This document shows, one piece after another, positions 29,333 through 41,373 of a DNA stretch of 64,000 nucleotides; within the stretch, counting starts at the first letter, position 1, and each line of letters starts with the position of its first letter. The notes under the pieces were generated by a model, which saw only the letters and a program-made list of their open reading frames with translations, was not told the origin of the DNA and made no database searches. Location of the stretch: assembly GCA_951406725.2 (NCBI GenBank), contig OX597829.1:26412001-26476000 (forward strand), written 5' to 3'. A program made the translations under genes and the position numbers. This stretch comes from Octopus vulgaris. Lineage: Eukaryota.

Positions 29333-29515
29333 TATTATTATTATTATTATTATTATTTGGATCACTGATTGGAATCGAACTCGGAATCTTGGGGTTAGTA
29401 GCCCGCGCTCTTAACCACTACGCCATATGCCCGTCAAACGTCCGTCAAATGTCCGTCAAATATCCGTCAAATGTAAATAATGTACATAATTCCTCATTTC
29501 TTAAATATAGAACTG
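29030..29515 (-). mobile_element. tRNA-headed element with PLE-like hammerhead-containing tail and inverted terminal duplication
   Basis: tRNA-like head 29359-29432(-), (AAT)n/(GAT)n spacer, tail with CACCTGATGAAGGCTG, inverted repeat 29030-29054 / 29458-29482. Confidence 0.65.
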
Positions 29516-29588
29516 ATAAAAATATATCTTTCAACATACGATTTCACATGAAGAATCTTGGAAAACGAATACATAAATGTAACCCATA

Positions 29589-29644
<56 letters not shown>

Positions 29645-29699
29645 CGCACACATATATGTAATACATCAGCAGCAGCCAGGTACCTTCACCTTGTCCAGT

Positions 29700-30000
29700 G
29701 CTCGGCTTACTAAGATTCCCCAGTTCCCTCTGTGTTGTGCTTGCATGAATGCAATCAGCCAGACTTTTGTTTCCTGTCAGGATGGTCATGAGTAACAACT
29801 TGTGGCACATTGTACGTCCAAAATACGATCGCATTGTGCGCTTTATTCTTGGCAATATGTATCTTTGAACATTCAGCTTTTCTATGACTGCGGCATTTAT
29901 TGCACTCTCTTTGGGAAGCTTATCCTGCCCAATCCACATTTCAAAGTCTTCTATCTTATTCTCTATCACTGTTTATTGTCCACGTTTCTGGCGCTAGAGG
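29700..30000 (-). mobile_element. RTE-clade LINE fragment
   Basis: ENKIEDFEMWI...INAAVIEKLNVQRYILPRIKRTMRSYFGRTMCH..LMTILTG matches the RTE C-terminal FEMW...YFGH motif. Confidence 0.72.
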
Positions 30001-30194
30001 ACAACTGGGGTAGTATAACTACACTAGCCTCAATTTCAAATACTGTTTTACGTTTTTTAAAGCCAAGATTTTCTTCAATCTTATTTCAGACCAATTTATT
30101 CTTTGAGTAATTTTCTCTTCACAGCGACTTTCCTGATCAATTATTTGTCATAAATACTTAACGTTACACACACACGCACACACACACACGCACG

Positions 30195-30248
<54 letters not shown>

Positions 30249-30618
30249 CACACACACACATGCACACACACATACACACGCATGCACGCACACGTATGTA
30301 TTCACGTACGCACACAATATACTTTTACAAGAATAACGAGTAAATATGTACTCTACAAAAATTTCAGTTCAAAGTAAAATTGTGTGCATGTGTGTGTGTC
30401 TGTGTGTGTGTGCGTGTGTGTGTGTGTGTGTGTATAAAGTTGATAGGTATGGCCGATCAGAGAGTGACCATTGGTTTCGTACCTATAAAACGCTTAGCCG
30501 TATAGGCAACACGTCAACCTCAAATGATCGAAGGCACATAACTTCTCTACAACTGGAGGGAAGGATATATATACTTACAGAAACGTACACACATGTATAT
30601 ATCTATATGCTCATGTGC

Positions 30619-30671
<53 letters not shown>

Positions 30672-30919
30672 TGTGCGTGTATGTTTATATATATATATAT
30701 ACATGTATGTATGTCTGTATGTGTGTAATTATGCATGCCTGCATGTATGTATGAGTTCATACTTTTTGAGGGGAAGGTTTCCTATATCCTACTTTCAGTT
30801 GATGTCTTGAACCGAAATGATTACAAAATCCAGGACCCTTTGACTTTGACGTGTATTGAACAATTAGGAAGGTTTAGGTTGTAATGCAGACAGAAGAACA
30901 GAATATGGCAGTAAGGATA

Positions 30920-31436
30920 TCTATATATATAAAACTGTAGTTGTGTGAGTGTCTGTCCCCTTCGATTTAGATTCCTAACTACTCCCACATTTTGCGGTGC
31001 AGTTTAACCAAATTCGGGTATCTTATAGTCGTGATTCATATCGAGCCCATCTGAGTATTAGCGCGCGTCTACGATGAGTCTACGATTTTAAAAATAATTT
31101 AACATCATTTTTTATTCCATTTTAATGCACAATTTTTCGTGTGTCGATGGCGGCGGAGTTGGCGTCCACGCTCAAACACCTGCACCTGTGTTTGCTTCTC
31201 CCCCTTCTTCCCTCCCTCGTGAAGCTGTGGGGAAGGGAGTGTAAGAAAATCAACGTCGTAAAGCGTTGTCAAGGAGACCAGCGTTCTTTTAGAACAACGA
31301 CTTCATGGCTTGAAGACACTAAAACAGAAATGGCTAAGAAAGCCCGAATTGGCATCTATAAGGGAAGTAACTCTCTAAAAATGCTTATATAGTTATTTCC
31401 CTTACAAACCCGAGCAGCGCCGGGCGATACTGCTAG
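30920..31436 (+). mobile_element. Complete non-autonomous Helitron (about 517 bp)
   Basis: 5' A|TCTATATATATAAAACTG; 3' hairpin CCCGAGCAGCGCCGGG followed by CTAG|T; inserted between A and T with no target-site duplication. Confidence 0.88.
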
Positions 31437-32130
31437 TGGTATATAGAAGGCATGATTTGGATGTGGGTCGAAACCATGAGCAAACAATATTACAACAGCT
31501 GAGGTAGCTTGGCTCTGTGATATGTTGACCACTTAAAAAGATGAAAGTTAAAATACAAAAAGGACCGTATAATGTGGCCATAGGCAAGTATGATGTTCAG
31601 GAGTCAAGACCTAGATGTGGCTCAAGTCGGTGTTCTTGGTATGTAATTAATTAAGAGCCGGAACTCTTGTGCGATTCTTTTCCGAAACCTTCTCCTTTTT
31701 AGCTTTCTTGGATGTTTCTTAATACCATTTTCGCATAGTTGCTTCCCTATCCTCAGAATTATCATCCAATTTCCATAATTTCCCGTCGCTCTCTCTCCCT
31801 CCCTCCCTCTCTCTTGCCTTCTGTCTGTCTCTCTGTCTGTCTCTCTCTCTCCCTCTCTCTCTTACTCCATATATACGTATACATATATACGTATATATGC
31901 GTATATATTAGTCCTACGTTTCGAAAGGAATTCTTATATTCTTTTATAGGAAAAAAAAGTTCGAATTTGTGATCATTATTGTAATATATATACAGTAAAT
32001 AAAGTATAAGGATTTCGGTCCTCACCTTTTTAATATACACTTATACATATATACATACATATGTATACATGCGTTTACATACATATTCATACATATATAG
32101 ATAAATATATATATACATATATATATATAC

Positions 32131-32372
<242 letters not shown>

Positions 32373-32539
32373 GAAAATACAAACATACAAATACAAACAT
32401 GTATATAAATACATATTGAAAGTAATAGAAATTAAGCTAATATATTTAGATAAGTAATGAAAGTAACTGAAATTGAAGCCATATAATAGTGAAAGTATTA
32501 ATAGATCTGTTATTGTTTCCCTTTTGATACATAATTCTG

Positions 32540-32729
32540 AAACAGTGTAAGAGATAAGAGATTGCTCCGGGCTCGCATTAGGCCAGAAGTTGAAAATTTT
32601 TGGGCCTATGACACTGCATGGACCCTAAGTAAGGCATGTATAACATTTGAATAAAATCCGTTGGGTAGTTCTCGAGTTTTAGTGATGCACACAGACAGAC
32701 ACACATTTCCAGTTATATATATATAAAGA
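32540..32729 (-). mobile_element. Helitron-like 5' fragment
   Basis: Minus strand A|TCTTTATATATATATAACTGGAAATGTGTGTCTGTCTG...AACGGATTTTATTCAAA; no clear CTAG end. Confidence 0.55.
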
Positions 32730-32735
32730 TATGTA

Positions 32736-32815
<80 letters not shown>

Positions 32816-33054
32816 AGATATATATAATATATATATATGCATATATACATGCCTAAATGTACAGGACGTCACAAACCGTAAACAACATGAAATACGAAAA
32901 CAAATGAGTTGGATACGCAAGTGACGAGAGAAACAGATGGAAAACAGGACAAGTAACATAAAGATCGACTCTTCATCAGTTGTCGGCTGGCCATCTACTC
33001 ATTTGTTTGCGTGTTTCATGTTATTTACGGTTTGTTTAATCCTGTACCCATATA

Positions 33055-33151
<97 letters not shown>

Positions 33152-33209
33152 TATATTTGTTCCACGTCCTCGCGTTGTTGTGTTTTTTTGCGCTTTCTTG
33201 TTTGGATTA

Positions 33210-33267
<58 letters not shown>

Positions 33268-33526
33268 GTATGTATGTATGTATGTATGTATGTATATATA
33301 TTATTTATATTATTATTTGATTGAACGCAACGCATCCATTTCCAAGTAAGTTTATATATATATATAGAAATGGCAGTCAAAGCCCAAACCGCGAATAAAA
33401 GCAATTTCAATGGGAAGGAAAATAAAAGATATTTTTCTAGTTACCCTCAGACTCGAGTTTCTGTATTAATGTACAAATAAATTAATTTGCCATCTGTACT
33501 TCATCAGTAAGGTCACTAAAATTTTA

Positions 33527-33700
33527 ACCGATGTTGGTGCGTTTACGCCCCCGTAACTCAGCGGTTCAGCAAAAGAGAATGATAGAATAAGTACCAGGCT
33601 TACAAAGAACAAGTCCTGGAGTCAATTGCTTCGACTATAAGACGGTACTACAGCATGGCCGCAATCAAATGACTGATGCAAATAAAAGTATAAAAGAATA
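33527..33700 (+). mobile_element. SINE family A, 3' half
   Basis: AACCGATGTTGGTGCGTTTACG...CAGCATGGCCGCAATCAAATGACTG. Confidence 0.8.
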
Positions 33701-33792
33701 ATATATATATAAGCTTATATATGTATTTATGTAAATATGTATATTAATGTATGTATATATAATAAATATACGTATATAAGTATGTAATATAA

Positions 33793-33840
<48 letters not shown>

Positions 33841-33924
33841 ATTCGAGACAAAACCACTATTTTAAAACCAAACAAGGAAAGACTTAATCAATACATAAAA
33901 TTTTAATATAAATTAAATAAACCG

Positions 33925-33967
33925 CCACTACAAATGTTTCATGTCTGCTCCGACAATCTTCAGGTGG
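33925..33967 (-). ncRNA. Minimal hammerhead ribozyme motif
   Basis: Minus strand CCAC-CTGAAGA-tTGTC(ggagca)GACAt-GAAAC(attt)GTA-GTGG: intact core, stems I/II/III, GUA cleavage triplet. Confidence 0.78.
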
Positions 33968-34080
33968 ATTTTCGAATAGTGGTTTTGTCTCGAATTATAT
34001 TATATAATATTTTACTATAAAATTGGATTTAACCCTAAATCTGATTTTTCCCTGTAATTTTGGATTCATTCCCTAATATT

Positions 34081-34128
<48 letters not shown>

Positions 34129-34699
34129 ATTTATATACTTATATATACTTATATGCATATATATGTATGCATGTAAGTATGTGTGTATGTATGCATTCAC
34201 ATATGTATATATACATTATTTGTATATATGTATTCGATATTGGCGACGGAAACAATATTACTATCAAATAAGAGTCTGTATATCTTATTTTTATGTGGAC
34301 ATACATATAGAAAGTAAGAATACCGAGTTATTTGTCTTGAGAAAATACCTCATATAGAAGCGTAGTGCTACAAAACACAGAAGGAGGCGAAATGTGTCCA
34401 GCAGCTATGGAATTGGTAGATAACCTGATTTCTACGTATTTGCGCTTCATCGGTAGCAAGTATCCACTATCAGCTGTATGCCAAGACAAACTTTTCCTTC
34501 ACTGTTATCTAGAAGAACAGAGATTAATCACGCGCATAGCTGGCGGGTTGGGTAAAGATTCGTTATTAGCATCGGAAACAGTATTAGTTTAGAAGAGCAA
34601 TCTGTACATCTTACTTAACGTGGACATATTAACAGCAAGCCACATTACTATAGTATTCGCCTTGAGAAAGCATCTCGCACGGACGTATATTTATCTTGT

Positions 34700-35018
34700 T
34701 TTTACTTGTCTTAGTCATTAAGACATCGTCTTGAAGAATTTTAGTCGAACGCATCGATCCCAGTACTAATTTTTCAATCCGGTACTGATTCTGTCGGTTT
34801 TTTTTTTCTGCTGAACTTATTAGTTACGGGAATGTAAACACCCGATAGCGGTTGTCAAGAAGTGGTTGGGACACACACACACACACATATGCACACACGC
34901 GCACACGCGCACACGCGCACACGCGCACACGCACACACACACACTCATACACACACACAAACACGCACGCACACACACACAAACACGCACACACACACAA
35001 ACACACACACACACACAT

Positions 35019-35100
<82 letters not shown>

Positions 35101-35200
35101 CGGATGTCTTTCAGTTTCCGCCGACCAAATTCAATCACAAGTGCTTTGTAGGTCCGATGATATAGTTGAAGACACTTGCGCAAGATGCCACGCAGTTTGA
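34700..35200 (-). mobile_element. SINE family A, diverged, with expanded internal (CA)n
   Basis: Reverse family motifs on both sides of a roughly 230 bp CA-rich tract. Confidence 0.72.
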
Positions 35201-36738
35201 CAAAACCTGCTTTGGTGAAAAGTGTCCAGCAGTAATTTCTTTTATGAAAATAGACGCCCCCACCCCACCGGACAAAAGACTGTCTTACGCAGTTTACCCT
35301 TTCCCCTATTCGACTACATTCCCCAGCCATGGTTACTTTACATGTAAACACACAACATTCTTTACCTAACGGGTTAAAGGGACGCGGCTGTTATCTTCCT
35401 TTTCCAATAGCGTTTTCCCTTGGTTTTTTTTTTTCTCTCTTCTTCATAGAGTAGCCATATTTTTTGAGCCTGAACAATTGCCGAATCGTAAATCAATCGG
35501 ACATACATACATACATACATACATACATACATACATACATACATACATACATACATACATACATACATACATACATACATACATACATACGTACATACAT
35601 ACATGCATGCATACATACAAGCATACATACATACACGCAAAAATACATACATACATACGTACATACATTCATACATACATACGTACATACATACATAAAT
35701 ACATACACACACACATACATACATACATACATGCATACATACGTACGTACATACATACATACATACATACACACACACATACATACATACATGCATACAT
35801 ACATACATACGTACATACATACATACATACAAGCATACATACACGCAAAAATACATACATGCATACATACATACATACATACATACATACATACGTACAT
35901 ACATACATACATACATACACACACATACATAGACACACACATACATACATACATACATACATACATACATACATACATACATACATGGTGATGGCTGACC
36001 AAGGAAGATGGAGGAAGACCATCACTGACCACTACAAAAACCGTACGCACACTTTACACTTGTGGCTCAACTTGTGACAAATGTGCCTCCTCTTGATAAA
36101 CATATACGTTCGTGAATTCTGCAGATGAAACTTCCCCCCATTTCCTGCACTGAGGGTGCCTTATTGAACAGCTCACTTAAGTTCAGCATGTTTCTTCAAA
36201 AGTTCCTACTCCTTCCTTTACTAATATTCTCCATTTGTGGCGTTGGCAAGTATTGCTTTCCCATTTGACCTTTCATATCTTACATGCCTTCAACGAGGAC
36301 TTTATGCACTTCTTGCATCCATCCATCCATCCATCCATCCATCCATCCATCCATCCATCCATACATACATACATACATACATGCATACGTGTATAAATAT
36401 GCACAAACAGATTTTTTATTTACGTATGTATATGTGTGTGTATGTGGGCTTATTAATTTATATATGCACATTTATTTGTGCATGTTTGTTCATGTGTGTA
36501 TGTGTGTGTGTGTGCGTGCGTGCGGGTTTGTGTATGTATATATATATATGTGTGTGTGTGTGTATATATATGTATATATATATATATATATTTATTTATT
36601 TATTTATATATGTAAAATATGACTATCTATATGCATATGTATATTTTATATACACACTCAGACACACAGTTATCTCTCTCTCTCTATTATATATAGATAC
36701 TTACTTGAAATGGATGCGCCGCATATATATATATTAAC

Positions 36739-37205
36739 ATTTTGTCTTAAAAGCAGCTCTGTAATATAAACATTACCAGTGTCACACTTAACGTATGTGT
36801 GACGTTACACGCTTTCAAACTGTTGTATTTCACCCCGTGAAGATACCTTTAAAGGCTTTATGTGTTAGAAAGAAGTATATGTGAAAGCCAGGCAAAAGGA
36901 ATCGCTCCGGAGGCGAACGAGAACGACAGATATCGATATTTGGCTGTTATTTCAGCTCATCGGTGCCGTATACTCGATTCGCCCCCGAGGCAAATTCAAA
37001 CTGTCGTTGGCTCGAAGTATATACAGATAATGTAAAATCTATTTGCTAATGTGTAACAGCGTCGCACACATAAAAGAGAATTCAAATTTTGTCTTAGAAG
37101 CGGCCCTATAATCTAATCATTATCGATGTCATATACTTTAATGTATGTGTGTTGTGAAACACTATTAGGGCTGTGGTATTTCGTCCAGGGGAAGTCCCTT
37201 TAAAA
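36739..37205 (-). repeat. About 347 bp unit with about 115 bp direct terminal redundancy, containing a degenerate hammerhead
   Basis: ATTTTGTCTTA... begins at 36739 and again at 37086; hammerhead-like motif at 36924-36968(-). Confidence 0.6.
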
Positions 37206-37209
37206 ACGC

Positions 37210-38900
37210 AGTCTGGCGTTTTAGTTCCCCTCCAGGGCAATTTTTGCTAAGCTTCGAAGTGTACTTTATTGGGGATGGAATGGGAGACCAACCACTGGGC
37301 TCATCCAAGTCACTTATAACCAAAACCAACTTGGAGGAGACAAATCTGAGAGAAGGCTAAAAAGTAAGACGGGAAAAATCTAATTCAGCATCAAACTCAA
37401 GCGCTGTCCCATATATGGTCTACAAGAATTGTCCAAATCTATTCCATCAGCATTGGCAGGCCTTGAAGGGGATTTGAACGAGAAGGGAGGTCGCCGAATC
37501 ATGGAGATATACTGAAGGGGTACATATAATCAAAGAGGACAGAACTGAGAATATCGACCAGTTTGGAATAATCTTGGTCAATGTGGAGATCAAGATTTTC
37601 CAGACCACCAACTTTTGCCGAACAATAGCTCCATCGATACGTCGATACAGAAAAGAGACATACGGATGAATTTCAAATATGGAAAGTTCCAGCGCACGGT
37701 TTTGAGGATGTGAAAGGTTACTAACGAGTTTCGCTTCAACATAGGAGACAATCAGATCACACTTGTCATAGAAAAACTAATGAGAAATCTTGGGAAGGTC
37801 TTCAACTATAGTCTGACGTCGATAAAGGCGACCAGAACAAACCTGGAAAGCTGGCTGAGAGCCGTAAACAAGTCTGAATTACCAAGGTTCAAGGCTTGAG
37901 TTTATTAGCTGCTACTTGTCTATGAATTCTCCATTACAACAGTAGAGGGCTTAGAGCGCTGTGAGCAGCCACCGGTGCATATGGCTGGGTTTGTCACGTG
38001 ATTTGAACTGTATAGCACTGAACAGAAGCAGCAACAAGCTCGGGTTCCTGTCCAGTTCCGCAGGTACGAGAACACTTGCATTATACCAGTCTCAGAGACA
38101 CCAAAGTGCAGGGATTGCAGGGATTGCAGTGAAAACAGGAAGGACGTGGAAAGCAACCAAGGTAGTCCAGTTAACACTCTTTGGGTGAGTGATACAGGGC
38201 AGTGCGGCTTCAAAGGACTGAGTGAAGAACGCTATCACTGAAGGCTCAACCATGTCCTCAAAACCAACTCCGAGGCAATCAGCTAGAGGGTTCAGCAACA
38301 ACAGAAATGGCTGCAGTACATCAGGGAATATAGCTTTTGCCAAGGTGGGAGAGAGGCCAAAACAAATATCCCGTAACAGCTCCTAGGGATTACATTCCAT
38401 TGCACAGAGCTGGGTGATGGCAATCACCCAGACCTTGTTGACATCAGACATTATCTTAGTTTCAAGGGCTGGTCCTACTGGAGTTAGCTGTACCCTGGGA
38501 GGAAAGGCTGGAGGAAGCTCGCGAGAGGAATGAGTAGAAACACCAGAAGTTGGTAGAGGACTGCCAAAGGAATGGCGGGGAAAACAAGATTTTTGCCGGT
38601 GGAAATTGGCTGTCGAGGGTTTGTAGGTTTTACTCGAAGTAAGAACTGTGGAACTCTAAATTTCAGGGGTTAGAAGTAGTAGACATAAAAAAGCAACGTC
38701 GAGGCTGCTGAGAAAACCTCCAGACCACTCTAGGAAAATAGAGTAATCACCGAGGCTATTAGAATACCGCAGAGACACAGTCTTAAGCTTGAAAAACATA
38801 AGAGGGGTCATGGATAATGATGTATATTGTAAGACCCGAAACAGCCAGTGAATCTAGGATACAACACTGACAGTCTAAGCATTGCATTTGTAGATGTATG
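37210..38900 (+). mobile_element. HERO-clade (R2 group, REL) non-LTR retrotransposon fossil with internal deletions
   Basis: Plus translations VPYMVYKNCP, TEGVHIIKED..NIDQFGIILVNVEIKIF, VLLELAVPWEERLEEARER..KLVEDCQRNG, PVEIGCRGFVG. Confidence 0.82.
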
Positions 38901-38984
38901 TTAAACTTGTTTATTGAAACACATACACACATGTATAAACAGACATATATTCATGTGTATATGTATGTATATGCACAAATATTT

Positions 38985-40065
38985 CCGGTGGTCAGAATCC
39001 AGCAAGTTGTGATTGATGGGCTTGAGCCCTGTAGAATTTATTTGTGATCTCCAAAGGAACATCGCAAATATCACCAAACATAGGTAAAGTAGAAATATCT
39101 GCAGATGACTCCAAACTTCAAAGATATATCAATGGAGAAGATCGAACGAAACGCCAGTCTGATCTGAATGCTGTAAGTTAATGAACAAATAGAAACATGC
39201 TGTAAAATGAGGGAAATTTTGAACTCCTGCATTTGGGAAACAAGAATGCCATCAAACAACCATACCCTCTTCCTTCGGAATAACCACTCAGGGTGTCCAA
39301 TAATACCAGGGTCTTTGGAGTAATTGTTGATAACAATCTCAGCTGGAACACCCACACCAACAATAAAGTTGATATGGTTCGAAAGATGAGCTCCTGAATC
39401 CTCAGAACTCTCCGGTCCAGACAGCCACATGTCATAATTCCCCCTTTTCTCCTCATTTGTACGGTCGCACCCTGAATACTGTTGTGTCAGTGGTTTCCCC
39501 ATACCAAACAAAACATTACGAGCAGTGACACACACCATAAAGAAATCGCAATAAATAAAAAAAGAATAATTAAATAACTAATAAATGGCATGACTGATCT
39601 TGACTTATGAAACCTCTTTAAAATATTGAAATTCTATTCTCTCCAATGCTGTTGTGGGCGCTACATCATTTACACAATGTGGAGAATACACCATCGGCAT
39701 TGTCAAAGGAATTTAACATCAAATTCAGAATTCATCCAAAGCTGGGACTCCGTGCAATATACCCCCTGACCAACTCAAGCTCTCAACACATAGCAGCATT
39801 GCAGTACAATTGCTTTTCCTCAATAGGTCCCGCTCTATTTAGTATTATCCCAAAATAAATCAAAGAAAAACTATATCTGGAAAATTTCTTCAAGGGATAC
39901 CAGGCAACCACATAACTTGGGTACATATCAGTCAACAACTCCCTACTTAAATGGGGCGTGATACTACAAAACTTGACTCAAAAATGTCTTAACAGATTCT
40001 GTCAGGTGGTGTTATTAGGTTAGATACGGCCTCGGCAATTTTGACCGAAATATATCCAAGTCTTT
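38985..40065 (+). mobile_element. CR1-group LINE fossil (RT C-terminal half to 3' end)
   Basis: ISADDSKLQRYING..QSDLNAV..FELLHLG; IKFRIHPKLGLRA..IGPALFSIIPK; 3' end GTCAGGTGGTG homologous to the 18694 copy. Confidence 0.82.
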
Positions 40066-40281
40066 ATATATTTAGAGAGTAGTACAATCATGCTCATCAT
40101 TAGACGAAAAACCTTAAATGTGATAACGTAAATATTTTTTACCTTCATTTTATTTTATTTTACTTCATTTTCTTGGAACATTTAAGAAGCTTCTGTACTT
40201 GTGTATAATAAATAAGCTAAGGAACAATTCTTTCATTTCTTTCAGCTATCCTTATTATTATTATTGTTATTATCATTATTA

Positions 40282-40367
<86 letters not shown>

Positions 40368-40398
40368 GTTATGTGTGTATGCACATAGGCATATGTAT

Positions 40399-40429
<31 letters not shown>

Positions 40430-40527
40430 ACGGGAAGCTTTATGAAAATAAACAAAAGACGAAGGCAGGTGGAAAACAAACGAACAATTGTATTAGTATG
40501 GCGCTCAGGAAATATAAATAAAACAAG

Positions 40528-40565
40528 TCTTTAACGTTTCGAGCCTACGCTCTTCAACAGAAAGA
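40528..40565 (-). ncRNA. Minimal hammerhead ribozyme variant in the PLE pseudo-LTR
   Basis: Minus strand TCTTT-CTGTTGA-a-GAGC(gtag)GCTC-GAAAC-GTT-AAAGA; core reads CUGUUGA instead of CUGANGA; loop-less palindromic stem III. Confidence 0.68.
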
Positions 40566-40724
40566 TACACAGAGAGAGAAAAACACAGAAAGAAGGAGAG
40601 AAAAAAATGTGTGCAGTAGCTAACGAATCAACATGGCGATCTGATTTCGGCCAGAGGTCAAAGATCAAACATGAGACGCGAGAGCGAAATAAGGGGAGAT
40701 AATAGGGTTGAGGGACCAGCTAAA

Positions 40725-41060
40725 AGTGCGTGGGAGGGGTCTGGATGTGTATGTATAGGGTTGGTGTATGTATTAGTATGTATAAGGGTGTGTGTGTGTG
40801 TGTGTGTGTGTATGAGAGAGTATCAGTGCGTGGGATTGGTCTGGACGTGCGTATGTATGGGGTTGGTGTATGTATTAGTATGTATTAGTATGTATTAGTA
40901 CGTATTGGTATGTATAGGTGTGTGTGTGTGTGTGTGAGAGAGTATAAGTGCGTATGCGGGGTCTGGACGTGTGTATGTATAGGGTTGGTGTAAGTATTAG
41001 TATGTACTAGTATGTATTAGTACGTATTAGTATGTATTAGTTGGTGTGTGTATTAGTATG
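40725..41060 (-). repeat. About 110 bp tandem units with (TATTAGTATG)n subrepeats in the PLE 3' UTR
   Basis: GGTCTGGAYGTGYGTATGTATRGGGTTGGTGTA recurs at about 40738, 40838 and 40960. Confidence 0.8.
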
Positions 41061-41373
41061 GCACATCATATGTGATGTGATGTGTAAAGTCATGTGGTGT
41101 AGTGAGGAGAAGAGGGGGAGGGGAGAAGAGGGGGGAGAAGGGGAGGGGAGGGTGAAGAGGAGAGGATGGGGAGAAGGAAGGGGAGGAGAGGGATGAAGGA
41201 GGAAAGAGGGAGAGGGGGAGAGAGAAGGGGAGAGAGGGAGTGAGGGAGCAGAGGGAAGAGGAAGAGGGAGGGAGAAAGAGGGAAGAAGGGAAGGGGAGTA
41301 GGGGTGAAAGGATGAAGGACTGAAGAAGTGGGGGTCGGGGGGAGAAAGGATAGGTGAGGAGGGGGAGAGGGGG

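Noticed and set aside
29359-29432. Functional tRNA gene (likewise the heads at 16283, 26353 and 57540-57617)
   Set aside because: Acceptor and T stems do not pair; the heads run into SINE bodies
34320-34690. Unique-looking block as a possible exon or LTR-element fragment
   Set aside because: No recognisable protein motif in any frame and no convincing splice pattern; left unannotated
40725-41060. Repeat-spacer pattern as a CRISPR-like array
   Set aside because: Eukaryotic context; the intervening sequence is itself repetitive and the array lies in the PLE 3' UTR
41037-41373. Pro/Ser-rich C-terminal extension of the 562 aa ORF
   Set aside because: Probably read-through into the C-rich 3' UTR caused by a homopolymer indel before the likely stop at 41374
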